Positions 26,095-36,498 of a stretch of DNA of 64,000 nt are shown here, piece after piece. The stretch spans positions 1,798,001-1,862,000 of the forward strand of contig JBLDXI010000001.1 of the NCBI GenBank assembly GCA_047495785.1. The letters are read 5' to 3'. Position 1 is the stretch's first letter. Each line of letters begins with the position of its first letter. Origin of the DNA: Lepidodermella squamata. Taxonomy: Eukaryota; Animalia; Gastrotricha. Both the position numbers and the translations under genes were made by a program. The notes under the pieces were generated by a model that saw only the letters and a list, made by a program, of their open reading frames with translations, was not told where the DNA came from and ran no database searches.

Positions 26095-26575
26095 TTTAAA
26101 TCAACTCGATAAAAATCTAGGTAATTCGACAAAAAATCATTCGATTAAATCCGACCAATTTCACGTTGTATTATCTCTCTCATAATTTATGCACATCCCC
26201 GAACAAAACAACACCAATGGAAAGACCTTCCTGAGCTTCTTTTTGGTCATAAGTATACAATTTCATTCAGCAAGAGAAAAATCACCGCTCGTTATGTTAA
26301 AGCCAGGACTCAACGCTCAGGTAACTCGTTCATCTATGGAATAGTAAATACAATAAAGAAGACCCTTGTTCTCTACAAATTTCGCCAAATAAAACGGGCG
26401 GAATGACTATTACAGATAATGACGATCCCATCACAAAAACAGAATAAATATGTTCTTTATATAGCACATTGATTAGCGACGTTATGGCAAGTCGGAAAAC
26501 AGAACGGCGAGAAAGAAGATTTTATAACAAAAGAATGCATAGATACAGCGACTCGCTTATTTAAAGATCCATCCT

Positions 26576-28441
26576 CTATTTCCAGGTGAAGACTTCTTTA
26601 ACCTTCCACTGCTGCTTCGGTTCGTCAGGATTGCAGGCGCGAAGACGAAGTTCTTGCCCAGAATGGTCACCCTCGACGCATTTGTTTTGAGACTTGTGTC
26701 GAACCATTCGAGTGACCGGTTCATATTGGAAGTCGCCCGTTGGTTCGACAGGGCAAACGACAACGCGCAGAGTATCGCCGACGGACACAACGCAACGCTC
26801 GCCGGTCGCAATTTGACCCTGCGCGTTGAAACGGAACATTTGATTACCGCCCTGGTGATGGCAACCGCTGAGAGTAAGGGTGGTTCCAGTATCTTGGTGG
26901 CCCTTGTCCCAACAGAAGTTCGTAGAACCGTCCTTGAAAACGACTTCACCCCAGGCAATATTTTTCGGAAGAGGCGGGAATTTCTCCAGAACCGAGTAAC
27001 CAACTTCGTCCATGAAGAACTTGAATGGCTTGCATTGAAGCTTCTTCTTCAGCGAAATTTGATCGGTTAAATCTCCAATATCGTAACCCTTCATATCGGG
27101 CTGGCGAGTGTAGAAATACTCGCGATACTCTGGATCCAGCCAGACCTCTACTACTCGCATGTAATTTACGTTGATCACAGGAATCTTGTGGTCGATCGAC
27201 CCGAGACCGTAAGGCATATGAGTGCGGTAAACGTGGCCAACATGCGAGCAAGGTACCCATTCAATGGAGCCACCACATTGCCAGATCTTGAAGGACAATT
27301 CAAAGTTCTCACCACCCCAAATCTGCAGACCAGGATCATATGCTCCCAAGGTGAAGAAGAAATCACGATTCATGGCAAAGAGACCACCGGCGTGGGTTGG
27401 CGATCTGTATGGCTCGCTGTCATACTTACGACGAGAAAGCTCTCGGTCAGGAACTTCCGTCTCTTTGTACAAAAAGCCCCATTCGAAGATGCCCTGGTAA
27501 TGGACGCCGTGCTGATATACTGGGCGATAGGCGAAAGTATCGTGATCAATGCCATCGACAATGGGCACAGCCATAATAGTCGGATCTAATGCAATACGAG
27601 CCAATAGCGGAACTAGCCAGTTTCTGTTGCACTCACAGTGAGCGTCCAAGAACAATATAACTTCAGAAGTTGCGTATTTAGCTCCGAGAGTTCGAGTATT
27701 GATGAGACCTTCTCGCTTTTTGTTACGATATAGCTTAACCAAATCTCCAAAGTGTTCTTTCAAATAGTTTTCTAGCTTCTCGCCAAGATCTTCCTTGTCA
27801 CTATAATCGTCAACCATAACGATTTCCTTCAAATATTGAGGCGGGCTCGTGTTTTTAATCGAGTGAATCGTTCGCATTAGAGTCGAAAAGCCTTCATTAT
27901 GAAAAGCAACAATGACACTCACAGTAGGAAGATCCTCTGAGTAATGCCAATATTTGCATTCATCTAGACGAACGTCGGGAATGTTACGATCCATCGCAAT
28001 CATGTTACTAGTTTCAACGTTGAAGCCGTACTCTTGAACAGATCGACGGCCCTCCTCTCGTTTGGACGAGGGCAAATGAACCGCAACGCCGTCTTCTCCA
28101 GGACCAGACTTGTGAGTGATATGCGGCTCAAAGTTACCGAGAATACCGGACTTCATGACAGCAGTCGGCTTTGGTCTAGGAGTGCCGAATTTATCACGAA
28201 TGATATTTCCGGTATTCTCGTGTTTCTTCTCTCGTTTTTTAACAGGCTCATTGTGACCATCATCGTCAGGGTGTGCGACTTCTGGTTCGGTGCCCTCGTC
28301 TGAGAGTTGACCATCGCGATGAGATAAGCTGACAGCAGCGCGTTGCTCTTTGTCCAAGCGGAAGGTCATGAGTAAGACCCCGAATAGAAATAAGCCGACA
28401 ATCGCACATAGCTTAGTAAAAAAGCCGAACCGAAAACGCAT
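26576..28441 (-). CDS. GALNT7: Polypeptide N-acetylgalactosaminyltransferase, GALNT7/pgant7-like, intronless
   Basis: 621-aa ORF: type II TM, LGNFEP..GPGE, FHNEG, DAHCE (DxH), WGGENFELSFKIWQCGG and a C-terminal ricin lectin domain. Confidence 0.92.
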   Translation of the reverse strand: MRFRFGFFTKLCAIVGLFLFGVLLMTFRLDKEQRAAVSLSHRDGQLSDEGTEPEVAHPDDDGHNEPVKKREKKHENTGNIIRDKFGTPRPKPTAVMKSGILGNFEPHITHKSGPGEDGVAVHLPSSKREEGRRSVQEYGFNVETSNMIAMDRNIPDVRLDECKYWHYSEDLPTVSVIVAFHNEGFSTLMRTIHSIKNTSPPQYLKEIVMVDDYSDKEDLGEKLENYLKEHFGDLVKLYRNKKREGLINTRTLGAKYATSEVILFLDAHCECNRNWLVPLLARIALDPTIMAVPIVDGIDHDTFAYRPVYQHGVHYQGIFEWGFLYKETEVPDRELSRRKYDSEPYRSPTHAGGLFAMNRDFFFTLGAYDPGLQIWGGENFELSFKIWQCGGSIEWVPCSHVGHVYRTHMPYGLGSIDHKIPVINVNYMRVVEVWLDPEYREYFYTRQPDMKGYDIGDLTDQISLKKKLQCKPFKFFMDEVGYSVLEKFPPLPKNIAWGEVVFKDGSTNFCWDKGHQDTGTTLTLSGCHHQGGNQMFRFNAQGQIATGERCVVSVGDTLRVVVCPVEPTGDFQYEPVTRMVRHKSQNKCVEGDHSGQELRLRACNPDEPKQQWKVKEVFTWK

Positions 28442-28949
28442 GGTGACGAACCTTCGTTGAAAGATAAGTTATTGATCGATTATTTCAAACGAAAGCATCT
28501 GGTTTCCTAGAAGATAACATATCAAAGTAAGAACTTTAACCGGAAGCTTGGAACGGACGAAGACCCAAGTGCCAAGTAGAGCGGAAACCGCACAAGAAAA
28601 GCAAATCCTTGGAGAGAAACTAGCTAAACGGAGCTTATCACTTATCACTTACTATAAAGAGTACTACATGATAGCTATTAACCTTGGCGAGCTTGATATG
28701 ATCACGTTTTTAAAACCAGCACCATTTGTCCGGTTAGTCTGAAGACAAAAAGCGGTGGTGGCGGTGTCTCTCGTTACGTCCGCTAGAACTGGACACCTGA
28801 TCATTTTCACTCAAAAACTAGTTAGCCTTGCTACAACTTTAATTCACAAGAGCAATGTTCCCACGTATGAAATTCAACATAAAATTGGTTTATATACATT
28901 ATGGTTTGATTTCCTAAAAATTAAGTGTCAACATTTTGCGCTATTTTCT

Positions 28950-29720
28950 CATAGCTCTGGGCGCGGTGCTGGATGAGAGAGGGTCTTTGCGGTCCCTGCT
29001 TCGCGAGATCTGCGAGCCTCGGCTTTGACCTGAACGATCCGGACTAGCTGGCCATGAAGGTCTTGCTGGTCCTCTCTTTGGAAATCCTTCTGTGTTGTCT
29101 GTGATACGTGGTTATTTTATTGGCTCCGGACCCGTTAACTGAACCGAAAAGCCCAAACGTGGCGTAGACTAGCGATTAGCGGTCGCCCTTGCCATTTTCG
29201 GGCGTGGCTAAGATCAATATAACTAACTTTTGGCTCATGTTTCGAGTTTTGCTCGGTAAATAAGGAGTAGGACGATATTGAGGCTAACTTCCTTGCAAGT
29301 TTTTGGCGTGTCCCGTGCGACTGCTCTGTTTAGGATCATCTACAACCTTGTCAAAGTCGAGGAAAGGTCAATTTTTATCCAGTTGAATGAATGAATGAGT
29401 TTTTATTGTTAAAGCCCAGACTCTAACATATTTCGTGAATGTTATTGAAATGACATACTGAGTTGAGAGGATATGATACAAAGTCTTACAAGAATGTCTC
29501 ACAATACAGTCACCACGCTAGTTTATATTTGAAAAGTTTGAATGAATCTATTTAATATGCTCTTAAGCTTGACTAAAATGTCTCTGTTGTAAAAATCGAA
29601 GTCGAGCCATTCAGCTAAGTCGGCGATAACAAGCAGATTGTATTGGTGTCGTTCCTCTTGTATTAGTGTCGTTCCTCCTGTCGTTTGTATCTAGTTAAAA
29701 CGCCAACTGGACCCGTGTCA
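28950..29720 (-). mobile_element. Possible decayed non-LTR retrotransposon 3' fragments
   Basis: On the minus strand, AATAAA followed by (ATTC)n near 29385-29410 resembles an L2/CR1-type tail. Frameshifted RG..KTFM..QL...RDR words near 28990-29080 resemble an RTE C-terminus. Weak. Confidence 0.35.
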
Positions 29721-30314
29721 GAAGAGTAATGGCTCACCGAACTGAGTTATAACATCAATCACTTCTTAATTCATATTCATGAAGCGCACTGTCTGTTCGA
29801 TCTCTTCGGCTTCTCATAACCGAACCAAGGAAAGCAGCTTTGGCCGCGGAAACCTTGAATCGAAACTGAAACAAAACTGTTCGGTGGTCAATCCCGGTTG
29901 ATATGATGCCAGTTGATATGGCATGAAAAAGATTTTATTTTGCAACCTTTGCCTCTCGGCACTCGCGCGATATGATGATAGTCAGTGGCAAACTGAATTC
30001 CGAATCAATATCCAGATTTAATTTAATGCGAGTGCGCATTGCTGATTATCAGAAGTAAGCCTGTCTGTAGCGGGCTTAATTATTAGACTCGAGGCATCAT
30101 CCGCTTGAGCAGGTACATACTTCAAAGGGTGTGACCTTCATATTGTTGCGATTAATAAGTGTTAGAATGTTTAAGTCGAATCAACTTGATACACTAGAAT
30201 CGAAAGTTCTTTTATTTTATTTACCGCCTCGCCAGAGCCACGTTGCCTAACTACTTGGCCATTTCATTTGATGTTTTATTACTTTTAGTTTGTTATTCAA
30301 TTTGAAACCTCAAG

Positions 30315-30713
30315 ATGCCCGAGCTTCCGTCGAGCGCCTCTACCTTCAAGTCTCTCGTCATATATCAAGAAATCGAGAAGGGGATGGAAGATACAGCAAA
30401 GGCGGCAGATTTAGCCAAAAAGGTCAATGGAGTTCTTTGCTTCAAATTGAAAAAGTCTGATGGCAAAGAGGCCGCGTGGGTGATTGACCTCAAGGCCGCA
30501 AAACCGTCAATCCGCTGGGTTGAAGATGTTAAATCCGCTACTGGTGATTGCACTCTCACCCTTGGCGACGAAGACATGATGGGCCTGGCCACGGGTAAAC
30601 TGCTGCCACAGAAGGCGTTTTTCAGCGGTCAGCTCAAAATCACTGGAAACATGGCTATGGCCATGAAGGTGCAAAATCTGCTGCAAATGGCTGATGTTAA
30701 AGCAAAGCTCTAA
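30315..30713 (+). CDS. Stand-alone sterol carrier protein 2 (SCP2) domain protein
   Basis: 132-aa intronless ORF colinear with the SCPx C-terminal domain ([21 protein letters not shown]; PQKAFF.GQLKI.GNMA). Ends in PTS1 -AKL. Confidence 0.92.
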   Translation: MPELPSSASTFKSLVIYQEIEKGMEDTAKAADLAKKVNGVLCFKLKKSDGKEAAWVIDLKAAKPSIRWVEDVKSATGDCTLTLGDEDMMGLATGKLLPQKAFFSGQLKITGNMAMAMKVQNLLQMADVKAKL

Positions 30714-30891
30714 GCTTTCGATTTTATTCCATGCAAAGTGCTCGAAATTTAAATATTGTCTTGTGATTCATTTTTTCTCCATTAAATTATATGGAATGAT
30801 GGCTGTTAATAGCAAAACCTAACGAAATAAATTGCTTGTGATTGAGTAACGTTTTTTAATTATTTTACATTTCATAGATTTGTTGAAATAA

Positions 30892-31932
30892 ATGGCGGAA
30901 GAAACCGGGGAAGCCGCCGGTGCCGTGAAGGCGACAGAAAACAAAGAAACTGTGAAGAAATATCCTCAGAAACGAGATTATCGTCAGAGGGCTCATGCTA
31001 ATCCTATCAGTGATCATGACTTTGATGTGTGAGTTTTCTATTCGATCGGTTTCGGGTTTATTTGATAATTTTAACAGACCGCCGAATCCGGATGCTATGA
31101 ACTGGCAAGAGCTTTACCCAACTAAGACTGATTTCGCAAATAGAGACTTCTTTTTGGATGCTGGTTGCGGTTACGGTGGGATGTTGGGTAATTTTCTTCA
31201 ACATTTAACAATTTTCAATACATTTCTTGAATCGATTTCGCTGCTGCTTGTGTATTCTAATCTCAGGCAAGACATCGAAAAGTCGGCCTGCCTGAAATTA
31301 ATATACATTAAGCACTATCTGTAATTGTAGCTGAGGCGGATTTTATTTCAGACACGATTTAAATCTAGCTAATTGTGTTTTATTTATTAGTAACACTGGC
31401 CACACTCTATCCGGAGCAGCTGATGCTAGGCATTGAAATCCGAACGAAAGTTGCAGATTTTGTCCAACAGAGAATCGCCTCATTACGCGAAAGCACGGCG
31501 AAAGAAGGCAACCCGCAGTACCAGAATATTGCCTGTGTTCTTTCAAACGCGATGAAATTCCTGCCAAATTATTTCCACAAGTTTCAAGTCTCGAAAATGT
31601 TCCTGCTATTTCCGGATCCTCATTTCAAGAAGTCGAAGCACAAATGGCGTTTCATCTCGCAGGCAACTATGCCCGATATAAGTTACGTCATCAGACCAGG
31701 CGGTAAAATCTACCTCATCACCGACGTTGAAGATCTTTACAACTGGATGGTTGAACATCTGTGTAGCAACAAGCTTTTCCGGCGTCTTTCCGACGAAGAA
31801 ATGGCAGCTGATCCGATAACACCTCTGCTGATTTGTTCCACGGAGGAGGGCAAAAAAGTCCAACGGGCCGGCGGGAAAACCTACCCGGCAATATTTTTGC
31901 GAATCGCCAGCCCGGAGCATGATTGTTGTTGA
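30892..31932 (+). CDS. METTL1: tRNA (guanine-N7)-methyltransferase catalytic subunit (METTL1/Trm8), 3 exons
   Basis: PQKRDYRQRAHANP, DAGCGYGG, GIEIR, FPDPHFKK, STEEGKKV. Confidence 0.96.
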
Positions 31933-34900
31933 TTAGCTAGTAGTTGTGCATAAATAAAATCGAAAATATTGCGGTTTTTTCTACTCTTTAGTCCTGAGAA
32001 GTGATGAACCGGCCTATCACGATCTCGTCTTGCGTAGAACTCCAGATATTTTCGCCGAAAATCGATAATATACGTGCCGGCTAAAAACACCTGCGGCGGT
32101 GCGGGGTAAGGCTAATGAAACGTGGCTGCGTTGTAAAAAGGCGCTGACACTCGATACAGATAACGAATATAAGTCGATGCATAGCGCGATATTGCAAAAC
32201 GTACTCATCTTGTCATTCAAACGGCCTGCCTTGAGAACCATCCGATTTTCCTTTTAAAGTTATGAAAAAATCGGCATCAGCCAAGACAAGTTTCATTAAA
32301 TCAAGTGCATTGATTTATATCGTGTGATTTCATTATAATTCATTTTTACACTATTGACAGCTGACTTTTTTGCCACTAAAAAACTATTGCCCTCGGAAAA
32401 TGCGCAATGGAGTCATTCATTATGAGTTCGATTTTTTTTAGCGTCACCCACTTCCGTGGAAGCGATGCATGAATTTAACAAACTCTGTGGAAAGGGTTTA
32501 GTCATAGAGTGTTGCCCTATTTATGAAGCGGAAAAGCGCAGAAAATACGTATATAATCATCGTAATGATAGATTATTTTATTATGATTATTACCATCTTT
32601 ATCATTCAATGCTGAGTATGGGAAAAATTAGGCCGAAGATACACAGGCGTTATAAAATAATAAGCACTCGGCCCCGAAAAATAGCCGTTGCACTTTTCGC
32701 GAGGCGAGACGCGCGCGAATCGATGCAAATCAACTGCGGACATCTTGGTAGCAGCTAGAAAAAATTTTCTGCTTCACTCGCCGCCTTATTCTTTATTTTC
32801 TCTCATCTCGTGCCACGTATATTTGTAATATTTCCTCTCTCTTCTCATCCTCGCTTTGCTGAAGCGTATTGTTCCGCAGCCTACTTCTTTGCAGTGCGTA
32901 TTTCTCGGTCCCATACTTTTTCACACAGTCGCATTCAGAGCGCTGCCCACCAAAATGCGCGTCGTTTCATTACGATCCGCGAGTGTGGATCAGCAGCCAC
33001 GGATACAAAAGTATTAGCCTTGATGATGGACTTATACTGCCATATTATTATTGTTTATTATGCTATTTTTTCAGTATTAGTCGCCATCTTCCTGCGATAA
33101 ATTTGTATTAGTATGACGACGACAGTCTCTTCTTATTCGCATATGTCATGTTCTGTTTCGCATTATACGCGACGATATAATTTTACATTTTTACGATATA
33201 TACGCATAATACGATGACTAGAAGGCGCGCCCAGCTGTAGTATATACGAACAATAATAATATAACCATAGAAACTTTTCCAACTAAAGGGGGCGCTGCCA
33301 GAAACCAAACCCCAAGTTGAAAATAAGTCGCCTTGATTTTTATTGTTTTAAATATACGCGATTTTTTGGAAAACGCGAAGAAAGCGGCTGCGCCATGACA
33401 TCACAGTGATTGAGCGCGCCCGATACAAAAAGGCGAGGCTAGAATATATAAAAAATATAAATAATTATATACGCGGGCGCATGTAATGCAGTAAGCGTGA
33501 GGAGACATTTTTCATCGCCATTTTGCACTCCCCTAAGGCAGCGAGCCGATAATCAGTGAGACACGCGGCTCCATTATTTATCAGTTTTATTATTGTATTT
33601 TTCAGAGGAAATTTTGCTAGAAACTGAATTTATATTATAAAACAACCAGCGGCGCCTTTTAATTCGCCTCTCGTGCGGCAAATCGGTCCGTTTTTACAAT
33701 TTTTTCACTCGAAATTCTTAAGAAATCGGGGCCGATGAATAGCCGAAATTCGCATGTAGGTCACGCAAATTGTCATGTTCCATACTATTATTTATTGACC
33801 GAATGTTATTACCCGCTAACAATGACCATTGCGATTCACTTCAGCTGAATCATATTTATCGTTATAGCTGGCGAGACTGTTTGAATAAATAAAAAATAAT
33901 ATAATTCTATGGCGCGAGTTCGCGTGACCTAAATAATGGGACCTTGTAAAAGGCGGCGAAAATCAAATTTTCGAGTTACAGCTCCACGTTTCAGAAAACT
34001 CTTCACATTTTTCGTGCCGTTGCCTAGCTTTTTTTTAAGATGTGACCCCCGCTTTTAACAAAACGCTCATTTACGCAACTTCTATCAAAGAATATTTTCA
34101 TACAGCGGGGTGCAACTTTTCGCGACGATTTTTTATTATCTGCAGCTTTTTCTATGCTCTTTAACTTGCCGCGGTTTAAACCTCGAGATGACAAATATTT
34201 CTTCAAAATGACCTGCCGTGATCTTGAGCGCAAAATTACTAGAATTATCGACCGCTGTCTCAGAAATCTTTTATTTTTCTAGAGCTAAGAAAGCTGTTAT
34301 AACGCAAATAAAATTATTATTAAATATACGATTTTTACCGGGTTCATTAAACGCGCATTGTATGTTTTATCAGCTGCAGAGCGTTGCATCTTTGCTTTTC
34401 CTCCCACTCGCTTTTCCAACTTTCAGCCGGGTATAGTAAAATACAAATAATTATTCATTGTCGCACGTCGCGCCTTACCACTGCCTGACGTTGTCGTAAT
34501 CGTATATAATCGCCACCGGTCTTGTAATAAAGCCCCTATTATTTATGACACGATTATTAGCATACAACGGGCGACACCTGCTCGGCGTGTCCATCAATCG
34601 AACAATGGCAGCGCCTCCCTATAAGCTATTTTATTATTAGGTTTTACGAAATATATTACATACCTACGAATTAGCGTCCTGACACGCTATCGTTTTTTAC
34701 CGCCACATATAACCCGACCTCATGTTTTTATTATGGAAAAATTAATTAATAAGAGAACAAATGCGGCAGCGCCAAGCATCACAGATCCTTGTTTGCAGGT
34801 ACTGAATGCTGAAAGATGCGCCTGTTTGTTGAGGTTTTATTGCTGCATCATTATTATTTGACCCAGGCCAAGGTTAGTGACACATGGCTGCGACGACTGT

Positions 34901-35930
34901 GTGCTCTGATAGTGTACTTTGACACCCGAGATCGATAATCGCAAATTCAGAACTCCGCGCGATGACGCCTTATATTCAGTCACCCTTGCTACCTAATTTT
35001 ACGGATCATCGCTTTCTTCAAACAAAAAAAACGCCTGGATTTTTATTTATTTGATTTACTTTCTGATTTCCTAGTGGCAGTAATTTTTTGTTTAACAATA
35101 TACATGCAACACCAGATACCGTATCGATTTTACGGTTGGCAGGTTATTTATGTTACAATGTGATCGCAATAGAAAATTGCGCGCTCACTTTTTTGCTCTT
35201 GTGTATGCGAATGTAATTTTGATTTTTCACCACTTTATAGATGGCATAGGAACATCGCTTCAGCAGCAGATGTGTAGAGCGGCGCTATAAATTACTGGCT
35301 TTCGGCGGCAACGCTGATGGTTGGTTGTATTTTGGTCTATCATTAGGCGAAAAAATTGTTTAATAGCAGTAGCTACCTTTAAGATGGGCGAAAGATGATG
35401 CGATTTCAACGCCCGACCGCGGCCTGCTGGCGGCGCTTTTGCTAGATTTAGCCTAACAATAATCATCATCCATCATATGACTGCGATTGCTTTGCTGAGT
35501 ATAAACGCTATTTAACAGATATAAAGGAGTACACGGCTGCGAAAGTGATTATTTATTTATTTGTTAAAATACCGATCAAAACTGGCATTTCGCTTGCATT
35601 CGTGTTATTATTATCGGCGTTATTATTATCATCATTATTACTACATGGGCTGATGCGCTAGTTCGCCCGGCTAAATAATACTATGGTATTAAGCATGCGC
35701 GTAGCTATTATTATTCTGACATCGCCGTGTAGTCAGCGCCTGGGCCATTCGATCGCACTTTTGAGCGCGCCTTGGCGTCTGTGCGCGCCCGCAACCGCCG
35801 CCTGTAAAAAAGTACTCGCTCACTCTCACACACACGCGCCTCACACACAAACACATGCAATACAAGCCGCGTAAAGATCGGTCACCTCCACCGCTCATCG
35901 CTGTGGCGCGCCCATTCGGAGGCAACCCAC

Positions 35931-35980
35931 AACTACCAATACTACTACTACTACTACAACTACTACTACTACAACTACTA
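35931..35980 (+). repeat. Imperfect (CTA)n microsatellite
   Basis: actactactactactacaactactactactacaactacta read directly from the sequence. Confidence 0.85.
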
Positions 35981-36498
35981 TACCGCATATGATAATATTC
36001 TCATCGCCTATTTGCCGTCTACCTATATTACCATGTATTAAATTGCATGAAGGCTGTTTAAAGTAAATTCGCCCCTTTTTACGTATTCATCTGTTATTAC
36101 TATCTTCGGGCAGGCAATGGGATACTTTTACAGGGCGTTTTCTCACTACCTTTTTGGCCCGGCGCCTGGGCAATAAAACGAATTATCGAAGCTGTTATTT
36201 ATTTTGCTGAATCTAATTTCATTTCACTTCCTCGTCTAGGTTTTATTAATTTTTTTATTTTACGTGCGCATAAGTGTTATATTTATTCCGCGAAATTGTA
36301 CAACTCTCGTACCTGCCGTCCTATGTGATTACTTGTTAACAGTGCTGTGTGAAATAAAATGCTACGCTGCTATCGATATCGATCGCTGTGCTGATGCAAA
36401 GTAGGTGATTCTGGCGGTGATGGCGGCTGGCTTTAATATCGGCACGTGAAATGGCCTAAAATTGCTGTCCACCACCCGCGTGTACATCATTCTAAATA

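Noticed and set aside
24560-28303. Numerous antisense and alternative-frame ORFs over SCPx and GALNT7 (and over the esterases)
   Set aside because: They are shadows of real coding exons with no motifs of their own.
31921-31932. METTL1 ends in -CC, resembling a Rab prenylation motif
   Set aside because: That modification requires Rab escort protein recognition of a Rab fold, so this is likely chance.
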